Part shown: positions 1-20,817 of the stretch, one piece after another
Layout: each line of letters opens with the position of its first letter
Numbering within the stretch: the stretch's first letter is position 1
Assembly (NCBI RefSeq): GCF_009914755.1
Contig: NC_060927.1
Origin: the human T2T-CHM13v2.0 reference genome, Homo sapiens
Reading direction: 5' to 3' (one strand)
Length of the DNA stretch: 64,000 bases
Notes under the pieces: generated by a model
Seen by the model: only the letters and a program-made list of their open reading frames with translations
Database searches by the model: none
What the model was told of the DNA's origin: nothing
Translations under genes and position numbers: made by a program

Positions 1-141
1 CACCACGCCCAGCTAAGTTTTGTATTTTTAGTAGAGACAGGGTTTCACCATATTGGCCAGACTGGTCTTGAACTCCTGACCTCGCGATCTGCCTGCCTCC
101 CAAAGTGCTGGGATTACAGGTGTGAGCCACCGTGCCCAGCC
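1..141 (-). mobile_element. Alu (partial)
   Basis: Alu consensus match (ccaaagtgctgggattacagg). Confidence 0.9.
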
Positions 142-623
142 TAGTTGTTTTTGTTTTTTTGATCATAGCGATCCTAATGGGTGTGAGATGAGATCTTGTT
201 GTGGTTATAGGAGTTGTTTTTTATTCTAGAACTCAGCCTTTTATTCTCTAATAGCTGTACTCCCAGTTCTTCAGCGTTTCCCTTTCCCCCCAAATCAGAT
301 GTCTTTTTCTGCATTGCCCATAGGCTTGGTGAGACGTGCTGGCAGCACAAAGGGGACTGAGTCAGCAGCCACAGCCAAGAAGAAGGTGTCCACGGGAGGA
401 CATAAATGCACCCCAGCCTCCTAAATAGAAGAGGCTTATTCTTGAAGAATGGTCCTTGCCAGGGCCGAGGGCTGGAGCAAGGCACTCCAGACTCAGGCCA
501 ATGTGGCTTAGAGCCCGGGTGAATATGCGTGGCTATGGGGAATGAGAATGAATGTGGGTCTGCCTGCTGGGCCATGCGGTAGACGGGCAGGGAGGAGCTA
601 GAACTCCAGGGCCTTCACTGTCA

Positions 624-1235
<612 letters not shown>

Positions 1236-2192
1236 TTATGGCAAGAACAGTGGCTGGTGGATGTTGGTACAGCTCAGGACCGGTGTGGGAGCATGGCCAG
1301 GACCAGCAGTGAGCCTGTGGGGACGAGATCCTCTGGTCTAGTGAAAGAGTGGTTGCAAAGGCAGGGGGAGAACGGTGCTGTCCTGCTGGGGAAGCCAGGC
1401 CAAGGAGGGATGCTTGTATTGCTGCTCTGTGGAACCAGAGGCATTCTTGTCAGAAGGGAGGCGGTGACGCAAAAGTGTGGCAGCTGAGCCTTGGATCGGG
1501 CCCTGCCCCAAGGGTTCGCGAATGTGTGTGTGGCATACCTTGGCCCCATCGTCTGTCCCATAATCCTGCGGTTTTCACGCGTCTATTCTTAATAGACAGA
1601 CTTTAGAATTGGTTTGTCAAATGCTTAATAAGAAGCCTCTGCAGACTTTGATTGGAATTGTGTTCAATTTATGGATTAATTTAAGAGGTTTTTGTCTCCT
1701 CACACATAAAAGTTCTATCATCCAGGAACATATATCTCCATGGATTTACATCCTTTTGCCAAGTTGTGTGCTTAGTCCATACCTTTCTGACCCACCTTAG
1801 TTCACCTTAGGTAGGTGATGGTTTTTGTTACTGTTGTGAATAGAATTTTTAAAATTAAATTTAATTATCTCAAAAACCCAAGGAGAAAGTTTTATGAAGG
1901 CAGGCCATGGTCACTCTCCAGCTTGTCATGAGTTGGGTGGGATTGAAAGCTCACTGTAGAGAGGTTCCTGGCCCGTGGCCCGTGCTGTCTGCTGTCACAT
2001 GGCCCTGATGTTCACCTGACAGGCCTTGTTCTTGCTGTCCCGCAGACTTTGTCGCCTTTACCACTCCCAGTGGCAGCTCCTGCAACCTGTGCTTTCTTTG
2101 CAGTTGCTCCTGTTCTCCCAGCTGCTCACTCATCTCACCCACGTCTTTGTTCCTTAGACCCTGGCCATCTGCATTTCTCTTCTGCTGCTTAG

Positions 2193-4017
<1,825 letters not shown>

Positions 4018-4186
4018 TTATTTGTTTGCATCAAAGCTAGGCATCTTTGAGAGTTCCATGCCCAGTTCTGGACTAGGGGCTGAAGTGGGTAAACAGATGA
4101 AAAACCACGGCTGCACAACACAACTTAACGGTGTAGCTGGACACGGACCAGGCCGACTGAGGTGTAAAGATGGTATCAATCCTTAA

Positions 4187-4552
<366 letters not shown>

Positions 4553-4930
4553 TGACACGGGGATGGGCGAATGTTCTCTGCTAGCTTTCTCTGAGATGGG
4601 AGCGCCCCTGCCTCACATTTCAGCCTGTGTGCCCCATCACTCAGTGTGTGTCTGCCCATTCTTGGGGGACAGCCAGCTGTGGTCTTCTATGTGGCTGGGC
4701 TTTTGCAGAACAGCAGCATGGAGCCCCTGCTCTCTGCTATCTTATCTGTGTGAGGGAATGGAGGGAGCAGTCCCCATGCAGTGTGGCTGTGGGAGGAGCA
4801 GAGACGCCCGGTTTCCCATCCATTTCATGCCTTCTGCCCTTCTGGCTCCCTGCTGCAGCGCAGCGTCCTCACCCCTACATCGCAGAGCCTCAGGGAAATT
4901 GGTGCAGGAAGAGAGAATTCTTTCAGTTAA

Positions 4931-5083
<153 letters not shown>

Positions 5084-5399
5084 TAGAAGTTTGTGTGGGG
5101 GCCGTTTACTTGGTCATGTCTGGTGTTCCCTAAAGGCAGGTTTAGAGAGGGCTGAGGGGGTGTGTTCCTCCAGCCCAAACCTAGGCCAGGTGGAGGAACT
5201 CCTGCTTGGGAGGAAAAGCAGCAGGTGTGATGGAATGGAGGTCAAGCCTCAGCAGCACAGGGAGTGGGCTTGGGGGCCGCAAGAGCAGAAGACCCATACC
5301 TCTTCTGGGCGGTGGATTGTCAGTGGGGAAGGGTTAGAGGTGTGGGTCTTGGTGAGGTATGAATTTCTCTCTTGCTGCCAGGCGAAGGGGCTTTGGTCA

Positions 5400-6049
5400 T
5401 GAAATGCCTAACCTTGTTTTTACTTTAACTCGTTGCTTTGAATTTTGTCCTGCTTGTCTCTTTAATCACCTAGCCTTGCTTCTCATGTAAAATAAGACTC
5501 TCTCTAGCTAAGAAAGCCGTACAAACCCCAATTGACCCCTTAATTTACAAGACACTAAGGGCTCCTCACCCAACCCCCTTTCGTAAGGAGTTGGCCTGGG
5601 TAAACAGATCCTCAGCATTTCAAAGGAGCCTAATTAACTGATAAGGTACGAACACCAACAATATATGAAGTTCCCAGGAATTTTCTCCAAGAGATAACAA
5701 CATAAAACCTTGAGTTCGTGTCTGGCGTAGACCCTATATCTAATTATAATGAAAGATTTAGAATCTTGCACCTGGTACTGTTGCTCTTCTTGTAACCATT
5801 TGTCTTTTAAGTTGTTTATCACTCTGTAACCATTTTGATTCTTTTGATTCTTGCATGTTTTTACTTCTGTAGAATTATTACATTTAAGTCCCCCTCCCCT
5901 TCCTAAACCTAAGTATAAAAGTTAATCGAGCCCCTTCCTCGTGGCCGAAAGAATTTTGAGCATTAGCTGTCTCTTTGGCCGCCGGCTTAATAAAGGACTC
6001 TTAATTCGTCTCAAAGTGTGGCGTTTCCTTAACTCGCCTAAGTACAACA
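5400..6049 (+). mobile_element. Solo ERV1-class LTR (LTR6/HERV-S71-like; family uncertain), sense to DHX30
   Basis: TG...CA termini, 4-bp TSD GTCA/GTTA (1 mismatch), TATAAA 5914-5919, AATAAA 5989-5994. Confidence 0.75.
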
Positions 6050-6436
6050 GTTAAGCAGAGCTTCTGTCCAGGTGCAGGGTCTTTTTGCTCCCGCAGGATG
6101 TGCCTGGTTTTTAGCTCATGCTGACAGCTTCAACCCACAGCTGCCACGATGTTGCCGAGATGACAGTGGGCTAGGAGGGCAGGTGATGGCATTGCCCAAG
6201 CACTGTCTTCTGCAGTGGAAGTCGAGGTATAGCAGGAGAAGCGAGCCTGGGACTAGGGTGCCTGAGCCCATGGGCCTGCTCCTGGCTATGCAGCAGCACC
6301 TCTAGCATGGCTCACGCCTGGCACCTGCTGAGATGGTGGCTCATTCTGTCTCTGGGCTCCTTGGCATTCTGAGAATGCCCCAAGTCTCTTCCCATTCCCT
6401 ACATTTCTGTAACCATCTCTCTTGCCTTCCATGTAG

Positions 6437-6628
<192 letters not shown>

Positions 6629-7042
6629 TGAAGCTCCCCTCTGCCAGTGGCAAATGGGTCCCATTTTCTAGGAAATGAAACCACCACAGCAGGCCTTTTG
6701 CCTGGCACAAAGACAGCTGGTATGCAGGCCTCGCTTGTAGGCCCTGTGGCTGTTGCCATGGCTTTTCCAGAGGCCCTGTGGAGATACTTTGCCCGTGACC
6801 CAGCATTTTCCACACTGTTGGCCTGAACCTGGTGAGGCCGGGAGGAAACTTGCTCATTGTTCTGAATAGTATAAAGCCGGGAGGAGCCGGGCCTGTTTTG
6901 AGAGGCAGACCTGGTGTCCAGTATGATCCTGATAACCCGGGTTTTGTGGGCAGAATGAATAATGTGACTTGTGACTGCAGTGATGATTGAGGAAGCAGTC
7001 AGGATCAAGGTAGAGACAGTGTGGCAGACAGCTGGCAGTTCT

Positions 7043-8857
<1,815 letters not shown>

Positions 8858-9009
8858 TAAGTTAACATTTTCCTAGTTCATAATTTCTCCCTCCATCACC
8901 ATGTCAGCCAAAATCCAAAATCTCTTAGAGATTACTTGGCACAACTTATGCGTTGGAGCTCCTGAGCTTGTCTGGGCTGGTTTTTGGGGAGCCCCAGAGC
9001 ATAGACTGA

Positions 9010-9294
<285 letters not shown>

Positions 9295-9411
9295 TGAGTT
9301 TGGGGCCTGGGATCCCCCTGGCCTGAACAGCCCAGTCTTGCCCACAAGGATCCCGGGGCAGTCATGGACTAAATTAATCCTCTGCCCAGCGGGTTGGGCC
9401 ACAACATCTGA

Positions 9412-10467
<1,056 letters not shown>

Positions 10468-10603
10468 TAACCCTGCCTGCGTGGCACACGTGAGGATTGG
10501 AGTTGATGTCAAGCGGCTCCGTCTCACTGAGTCAGGTGGCTGTGTCCTTGGCATGACCCCTTACCCCGGGGCTGTGACTGTGGCCTCTCTTCCCCCACCC
10601 CAG

Positions 10604-10911
<308 letters not shown>

Positions 10912-10996
10912 TGACCTCTGTCCTAGGGACTGACCCAACTGGGACTCCAGGGGCCCCGGTTTCTGACCAAGCTGTGGCACTTTTCACTGGGCATAG

Positions 10997-11338
<342 letters not shown>

Positions 11339-11468
11339 TGAGGTGGTCCCCAGCCCAGATCTACCTTAGACCTGCTTTGTGTGTCTTCAGAAGGCCGCGC
11401 TTGTGGGGTCTCAGTGTTCCTGATGTAGGGGGCTGGTGAGGGTTACTCAGGGAGTGGGGAAGCACTGA

Positions 11469-12220
<752 letters not shown>

Positions 12221-12223
12221 TGA

Positions 12224-13451
<1,228 letters not shown>

Positions 13452-13498
13452 GCCCTGCTTCTGCTGGGGCTGTGTACAGAGTGCAAATGTTTATTTAA

Positions 13499-13504
13499 AA
13501 TAAA
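13499..13504 (+). terminator. DHX30: DHX30 poly(A) signal AATAAA (very short 3'UTR)
   Basis: AATAAA 48 nt after the stop codon, with an upstream TGTA at 13473-13476. Confidence 0.85.
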
Positions 13505-14044
13505 GTTCTATTTATCCCTTGTGACCACTGCTGTCCACTAGGGGCTCCTCTCTCAGGGCCTCCATACACTGGGCCACGGTTCCCCAGAGGAAGGAGGAAG
13601 GTAGGTAGAGAAGAGAGTGAGATGCTTATTGCTGGGGAACGGGCTGGCTGTGGCCCCAAGTCTTTTAAGAGAGAAGGGGGTTGGAACCTCCTCCCTTCAC
13701 CAAGAAAGAGCATGAAGCAGCGGTGCTGTTAACCACCCCAGTCCCCTGGCACAGCTGCTGCTCTCGGTACCCACCACAGGAAGCCTGTCAGAACTGTCAC
13801 TGTCCTTGTAGTTTTGGACAGTAAGTAAGCAAGTAAGTGTCAAGTAGCCCTTTATCAGGCAGACTAGGGGAGAGTTCCACAGGTAGCCAAGGCGCAGGGC
13901 TATGTGGCACAGTGGTCCTTCCCGTGTCCACATCCACAAGTTCACAGCTGAGGGGCTGAGCTGAGGGCAGGAAGATCCAGGGAGGTGGTAGATGCAAAAC
14001 GAGACACAGAAGCACGAAGCCTGCGTGATGGGACATCAGGCAGC

Positions 14045-14054
14045 TTTATTTATT
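14045..14054 (-). terminator. MAP4: MAP4 distal poly(A) signal (two overlapping AATAAA)
   Basis: + strand tttatttatt = AATAAATAAA on the - strand, followed by GT/T-rich sequence (gtgcttctgtgtctcgttttg). Confidence 0.8.
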
Positions 14055-14905
14055 TACTCTTAAAACTGTTACAACAGAATCATGGACTGACACAGGTAAT
14101 GGCTGAGCCATAAGCAAATCGAGAAGTACAGAAATGTCCCACCCCAAACAGCTGCGGAGTACACATCACACAGGGCCTCTGGTCCCGGCCTTCTCAGGTG
14201 CTCTGGAGTGGAGGATCCTTCTTTGAGGGAACTCTGACCACTCCTGTTGTCTACCTAGAGAGCACGCCACTTGGGCCACCTACCCCCAACCTTTGGCCAA
14301 AGGAGTGAAAGGACCTGGAACCTGTCGTCAACCTCAGCATCCTCATGACCCCAGGACAGACGCAGTGGAGGCAGCAGGTACTCTGGGCCTGTGCTGTTGC
14401 CCCTGAGGTGTCTCCTGACTACCCAACCCTGTTTCCTTCCCACTTTCATCCCAGCAGGCCCTTTCTTCCTGCTGACAAAACACTGGCTCCCTCATGTTCT
14501 TGGCACAGCAGAAGTGTTCTGCACATGGTCTCTACGGAGGAAAGCTGGTCCCCCTGGCCCAGGCAGCACTTCCTCCGTGAGCCCCTGCAGTTTCCTGGTG
14601 TGTGCTTGGGGAGCTAGGGACATGGTGTCAAACCTCCACAAGGCACTGCTACCTCAGAAAGGGGGAGGACCTGTCAGGCCCAGGACAGCCTCCCTGCACA
14701 TGGAGATCAAATCTAAACTTAGGTCAAGACCCCTACCTTCTCCAGGGATGCCAGGACCAGAGAAGGGCAGAGGTCAGGAGGGGGCATGAGGAGGCCAAGT
14801 CTGGGGCAGCCTCCTCAGAGGCAAATCTACACTGCAGCCAATCCCCCTCCAGAGAAGCCCTTGGAATCTCCCAGGCCATTTCACTACAAACTTATGTTTG
14901 AATCC

Positions 14906-14932
14906 TTTATTAGAAACCATGCAAACTTTAAT
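14906..14932 (-). terminator. MAP4: MAP4 proximal poly(A) signals (ATTAAA 14927-14932, AATAAA 14906-14911)
   Basis: Hexamers in a U-rich context with a downstream GT-rich tract (gtttgtagtg). Confidence 0.6.
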
Positions 14933-16125
14933 ACAAAAAATACAAGTGCAATAAGAATCTTTGTGTCAATACAGTTCCCGGGATTTCTCCTCACTGCAGC
15001 CATCCCAAGGCCTAGCTGGGATGCCCTCTGTGGGCCTTGCCTCTCCTCCCTCCCCTCTCCAGTCAGGGCATAAGGGAAGCAGATAGCCTTAGTCTCATGC
15101 CTTTTATTTTTAAATTTCCAGACCTGATTTCCTACTATCTGCATGAGGCTCCCTTGGACATGAGGGCTTACATGTCCTAGGGTGTGGGTGCCGGCCTGAA
15201 GGAATTCCATCTCCTGGCCCTTTCTTGTTCTCCAGCCCTGGCTTTTTATCCTAGGGCTGACCACCAGATCCCAGGGAATGGGACAGAGATGCCAAAACCA
15301 GCCTCTTGGTTAGAAAAGAAAAGCAGCATACACACAACAAAATGGCAAAACCAACCAGTCCACGCTCCAAGGGCCCCTTGTGTGCCTGACCGGCTCACCA
15401 GCCACAGCCTCTGCACCCCTCTTCCCTGCCGCACCGCCTCCAGGGCCCTAAGCTGCCCACATCCTCCAGCGGGGGTGGCATAAGGATATCTCCGCCCTGT
15501 TCCCTCTAACACTTACTGAGGACTTTCATGTAGACATGGCTTCAACCTGCAGAACTATTTTGCCAGTTTTTAGGTTATTAGAAAAAAATAAAAGGACAAA
15601 ACAAGAAAAATGTGACAGCAGCTAGGCGGGTATGTTAAGCATGGGGACAGGCAGCACTGACCCCCAACTTGGGGCAGGGCAGCAAGAAGGGCCCGACACC
15701 ACCTGCATGGGGAGGGGGGGGCGCCCATTTGTGGGACCAGAGGGAGAGGCAGTGGCTTAAGCTCCACGGTCAGCGTCCTGTCACCACTCGGAATCCACCT
15801 CCACTCTTCCCTCCAGGTAGATCCAGGGAGAAGGGAGGGCATGTCAGTTTCTTTTGGGTTTGGACCAAAGAACCAAAAAAAGATGAGGATAGAATCTGGT
15901 TCTCCTCTCCTAGATCCCAACTTAGCCTCAACCACCCCAACCCCCTCCCAACCTCCTCCACGGAGCAGTGGCGCAGTGATGGGGCAAGACCAAAGCAGGG
16001 AGATGGGCCCAGGCTGGGGAGTGAGAGGAGGTGTGGGGCAGGGCTGCTGCTGCCCCGGGCACGCAAAGCAGGAGGGAAGGCGAGCCTAGCGGGCTGCCCA
16101 GCACGGCGCCCAAGCGCTCACTGGT

Positions 16126-16272
16126 CTAGTGGACAGCCCGGGAAAGGGGGCCAAGGACCCGGGAGCCCGAGTTGGGGCCGCCAGGGAAGTGTGGGGGGCG
16201 GGAGACAATGTCGGCCCCGTGGTCGGTGCGGGCCCTGGCATTTGCCCGGAACGTCAGCCTGTAGGTCTCAAT
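16126..16272 (-). CDS. MAP4: MAP4 alternative terminal coding segment, tau/MAP2-like (IETYRLTFRANARARTDHGADIVSR...AVH*)
   Basis: gtcactgcag|ATT acceptor; phase 0, so it joins exon 18553-18665 directly; 48 aa plus stop; resembles tau [23 protein letters not shown]. Confidence 0.85.
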   Translation of the reverse strand: METYRLTFRANARARTDHGADIVSRPPHFPGGPNSGSRVLGPLSRAVH

Positions 16273-16365
16273 CTGCAGTGACATGGGAGGAGGGAAGGGA
16301 GAGGGGAACAGGGGAGACAAGAGGGGAACACGGGGGAGACGGAAGACGAGACCAGAATGTCATCA

Positions 16366-16373
16366 TTAGATGC
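16366..16373 (-). CDS. MAP4: MAP4 canonical last coding bases (..S-I-stop)
   Basis: ttttccag|GC ATC TAA completes QETSI*. Confidence 0.85.
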
Positions 16374-16496
16374 CTGGAAAATAAAAGGTTACTTCATTAA
16401 AATTTAGGCCACACTCTAGTCAAAAACAAAGGAGTTTCAATTTGCGGCCAGTGGCAGGGCCCCTGGCTGGCCCTTAGGCCGAGCCCAGCCACTTAC

Positions 16497-16686
16497 TTGT
16501 CTCCTGGATCTGGCTGTCCAAGGTCTGGGCCTCCCTTTGGTCACCACCCCCTGACAGGGTGGGGTGGCCATTGAGGCCACTGGCTGAAGTGGGGGCGCCA
16601 GCTTCAGGCGCTGCCTCAGAGATGGCCGGCTCCTCCCCAGCAGGGGGACCCGGACACAGAGGAGCCTCGCTGCCACCGCCCTCAGT
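16497..16686 (-). CDS. MAP4: MAP4 acidic tail exon ([10 protein letters not shown]...DSQIQET)
   Basis: cattgtag|ACT acceptor, ACAA|gtaagt donor; 190 nt; frame not listed in the ORF track. Confidence 0.9.
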
Positions 16687-18552
16687 CTACAATGAAACAG
16701 TGGGGGAGACAGTGCAGGGTCAGTCGGGGGGAGTGGGATGGGGTGATGGTGGTGGGTTTCACACACAGCCCCCACCCTTGCTGCCCTGGCACCCACTGGC
16801 TCAAGGCACAGTCGCTTGGAGAATCCCAGGCAGGTGCCCCGGCCCCACCCACCCCACCTCACCTGGGAGACCGACTCCCGAGGGTCAGGAGCAGCTGGAC
16901 CAGTGACACACTCTCAGAGCCCCTCTGTGGCATGTGAGGCTCTGATGAAGCCTCTCTGAGGGCAGAGGTGCCAGGCCTCAGGCTGGTACCAAAGACGTAG
17001 CCATGACAACAGTAAGCAATAAGCCTGAAGGGTAGCCCCCTGAAGGGTACAGCCCACCCTCCCAAACCCTCCCTGAACCCAGGCCACCCCCTGCACACAG
17101 AGTGGGGTCCTCAGTAGCTCCCGGGCAGCCCTGCCTGCACATCTGTCTGGTCAGGAACACAGGTGCTGAGGCCTTGTCTGTGCGGGGCACCATTCTGGGA
17201 CCAGGGGTCCATGGGAGGCAGAAAGGTGTCCAAGGAGGTATAACCCAGGGACACTGTGGAGGCCTGGAGGGCGTCATAGGAGGAGGACATTTGGGGGACA
17301 TGGAACACTCAGTGTGAGGAAGGCAGAGAAGAGAGAACAGCTGCGAGAGGCCACTGGGGAGCTGGAAAGCGTGTGTCGCCAAATACCCAAAAAGTGACAA
17401 GGGAGAAGTGGTTTCTAATCGGCATAGTGAGAAATAGGCCTCGATTAAAAACAATAATTCCAGAACTAATAAAGGGATATAATGTGAACAAGGAAAAGAA
17501 CACAAGGCTTAGGGTCAGAAAAGCCCAGATGTGAATCCTGGTCCACGCTCGCTCGCTGTGTCCTTGGAAAAGAGACTAAAGCCAAGTTAACGCCCCACTG
17601 AGACGGGCGTGAGAACGGCATCCTCACGAGGTATGGGGGGCACGAACTGAGAGCCTGTGGCAGCAAGGACCCCCCCAGATGTTCCTGGAAGCTGATCAAG
17701 GCTTCAGTCAGAGCATCAGGAGAGGATGGGACAGGGGACGGGCTGGGCAGTGGCTGGCACTGGGGAGCAGAGATGGAAGGGAAGGCCCAGGGCAGCGGCT
17801 CCTGGCCCCTCTCCCCTGCGCACCTGAACCCGAGCAGCAGCAGCCATCCTTGTGCTCGGGGTCTGCAAGATGCCCCTCATGGGCCCCCCACCCACGGATG
17901 ACATGGAACATAGGACAGACAGCATCTTGGCACACAAAAGGTCTCACAGTACTGTGGAAGGAGGAAGGGAGGAAAGAGGAGAGAGGGAAGGGAGAAGAGG
18001 CCCAGCCAGTCGTGAGGATGGGAACCTCTGCCACTTGAGCTCTGTCCCAGAGCCCTGCAGAGGGAGGCCCCAGGCAGGCCCTGCAGAGGGAGGCCCCAGG
18101 CAGCCTGCTGTCACTGGCAGCTAAGAATGTGCTGTCCTGCTCCTAACCCAGGAGCGGAGCCTGACATGGGGCGGGAACCCACATTCCCCTTGGCGCGAGA
18201 CAGCTGGGGAGAACTGTGTGGTGCAGAACCCCCGCTCGCCTGGGGGTGGTCTGTGTCCCAGTCCGTGGCCTTCTCAAATGGCTGGATGGGCTCAATTAGG
18301 AAGGCCATGGCTCTCAGGAGCAAGGTTCTGCCTCCAGCTGACAGGTGAGGGGTGGCTGGGCTGGGGCCTCTTCACTTCTGCCTCAGTCAGGACTGATGAT
18401 ACACGGTGGGAAAACGGCAATGGTGTGGGTGAAGACATGACTCCTGAAGAGACTGAGGGGCGGTGACAGGTGCCTACCTGTGAGGACCCTGACCCTAACT
18501 GCATAGTTCCCACCCCTCCCCAGCTGTGTCTCCCCAGTGACCCACTCGCTAC

Positions 18553-18665
18553 CTTCACAGCACCTCCTGCAGGTAGGTGGCCCACATTATCGAGGGATCC
18601 CACCTTGGCCTGGGCCTTCTCCTTGAAGTTCAACTTCTGACTTTCAATCTTGACATCTCCTCCAC
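18553..18665 (-). CDS. MAP4: MAP4 microtubule-binding repeat exon ([37 protein letters not shown])
   Basis: gttccag|GT acceptor, AAG|gtagcg donor; 113 nt; KXGS motif. Confidence 0.95.
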
Positions 18666-20735
18666 CTGGAACCACAAAGGAACTGGTCACCTAGGGTGGC
18701 AGAGGAATATCCCTGCAGGCAAAACCAGGACTAGCGATATGCCCAATCTAGAAATGAGACAGACGTGACCTGTTCTGGGTGGCAAATGAAGAACAGTGAA
18801 CACGTTTGTCTAAAGAGGACTTCTCATATCACAGTGAGGCTGAGACAATCTCTCCGTCCAGCCAGTGGGAATACCTCCAAGAAAAGGAAAGCCATCCCTT
18901 CCACCACCCCATGCCACAGCCACTGAGCTGCAGGCCAGGCTTGGGCAGGCCTGGGGCTCCGAGCACAGCCTCCAGGGCGAAGCCTCTGCTTCTCTACTCT
19001 GTGTGGGAATGCCCTCCCGCTAACTGGGCCATGCAGTGCTTCTCAGGCACAGCCTCACTGAATTCTCATGAATGCCCTGTCATCACGGCCACGGTCCCTG
19101 CTTCCCAGCCGGTAAAACTGATGCTGCAAAAGAGAAGGGACTCACCCAGAGTTACCACCAATCTGCTGATTGACAGTGACAGGTTGTGAAAATTGTCTGA
19201 GACCCTAAACCGTACCACACTCTAGCAAAAAGAAGGAATAATAAAAAGGACAGAGTGGCCCCGAGGCTGTGCGCTGAGGAAGGAAAGACATGGACCAAGG
19301 CAGGCCTGGGATCTAGTGACCTCAGGCTAGGACGGGGAGGGAAAGTGGTCTGAACTCACGCCCAGGGTTCAGAGCTCACTGGCCAGAGTGTGCCCATGAG
19401 ACCAAGGGGAAGGGTGCGGGACGAGCTGCCCTCAATGAGTACCCAGCCCCTCCCGCGCCCAGCAGCGTGGTTTCCCTTGGGCCCCTTCTCCTGTTCTTCC
19501 ATCTCCTCTCAGCTCACATGGCAGACCTCCACGCACAGCTTCTGGCCGAGGTCTCCCGGTGTCCCATATTGGGAAACCCAGCCCTGGCAAAAACTAGACC
19601 CTAAGTGACTCAGTGTCATTAGAGAAGGAAGTATCTGATAGGAGATTTCCCAGATAAAAGGGGAAAAAAATGGTTAGTTAAGGACAGAACTGTTTTGATC
19701 TTTCTAAATAGAACACATTCTAAACTGGATCATGCTCTTCGCTGAGAGGGAAAGGGAGTTTTTTTTTTTTCTTTTTGGAGACAGAATTTCGCTCTGTTGC
19801 TCAGGCTGGAGTGCAGTGCCATACTCTCGCCTCACTGTAGTCTCTGCCTCCTGGGTTCAAGCAATTCTCCAAAGGCATGCACCACCACACCTAGCTAGTT
19901 TTTGTATTTTTAGTAGAGACAGGGTTTCACCATGTTGGCCAGGCTGTTCTCAAACTCCTGACCTCAAGTGATCCGCCCGCTTTGGCCTCCCAAAGTGCTG
20001 GGATTACAGGCATGAGACACCGCGCCCGCCCTGAGGGAAGAGAGTTTTGCCTTCACCTTATCTGGCCTGTGGTGGCTAGCCTTCTGGGATACCAGGTCTG
20101 CCAGCCAGTGTGCCTGCTGCTGCAGCAGTCCTACTCACAAATCTGCTGTAGACCCAGGAACTAGGACACGAGGCTGCTAGGGGACTACCCAAGGCAAGAG
20201 CCCAGCCTCCGCACAGCGACTTCCACAGGGGCGCTGGGCCAACCATGTTGCTGGAAGGAAACTGCATTAGTGCAAGTTGCTGAACGCCTCCCATTCTCCT
20301 GCCAGGGCTAGCGGCTGATGCTTCACTGGTTGGGAGCACCCTTTGCTCCTGCATCTGATAGGTGGGACCTGAACACTGCCCTCTATACAGCTCCTTCAGC
20401 AGTAGCTTCTGTAATCCTCGTTTAGAGCCAATCCAGGTTCTCAGCTCAGAGTGCACCACTTCCCCAGGCCTAGCTCAATAGTTCCACACACACAGTAGGT
20501 ACTCAAGAGAATGCCTGTGCAGATGGCTGCTGTAAGAAACTGCTCCTCCTCCACTTAGAGGTTAGCACCCGAACTCCTGCTCCCTGACAGAATGAGGACT
20601 GTGGTGTCCTGGGTAGTCTTCATGGGATGCTAAAGGCACAGAGATGAAACCCTTGCCAGCCAGCTGGCTGCCCAGCTGACCCATGGCAGGACGACATACC
20701 CTGGAGACCCAGTGGGCAAGGGAGGCACCACTCAC

Positions 20736-20817
20736 CAGGCTTGTGCTTGATGTTAGCCTTAGACCCACACTTGGAGGAGACCTTAGAGATGTCCACTTTC
20801 TTGTTCTGAATCTGAAC
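20736..20817 (-). CDS. MAP4: MAP4 microtubule-binding repeat exon ([27 protein letters not shown])
   Basis: cttcag|GTT acceptor, CTG|gtgagt donor; 82 nt. Confidence 0.95.

Larger units (their letters stand above)
14020..16365 (-). other. MAP4: MAP4 3'UTR (long form, after the ...ETSI* stop)
   Basis: Lies between stop TAA 16366-16368 and the distal poly(A) signal; repeat-free; 3' end approximate. Confidence 0.75.

Noticed and set aside
15669-16400. 243-aa + strand ORF
   Set aside because: Antisense to the GC-rich MAP4 3'UTR, starts at a non-ATG codon, and the G/R-rich product has no homology I recognise.
18292-18552. 87-codon read-through past the MAP4 113-nt exon donor
   Set aside because: GC-rich intron with no nearby - strand poly(A) signal that I could find; compatible with chance.
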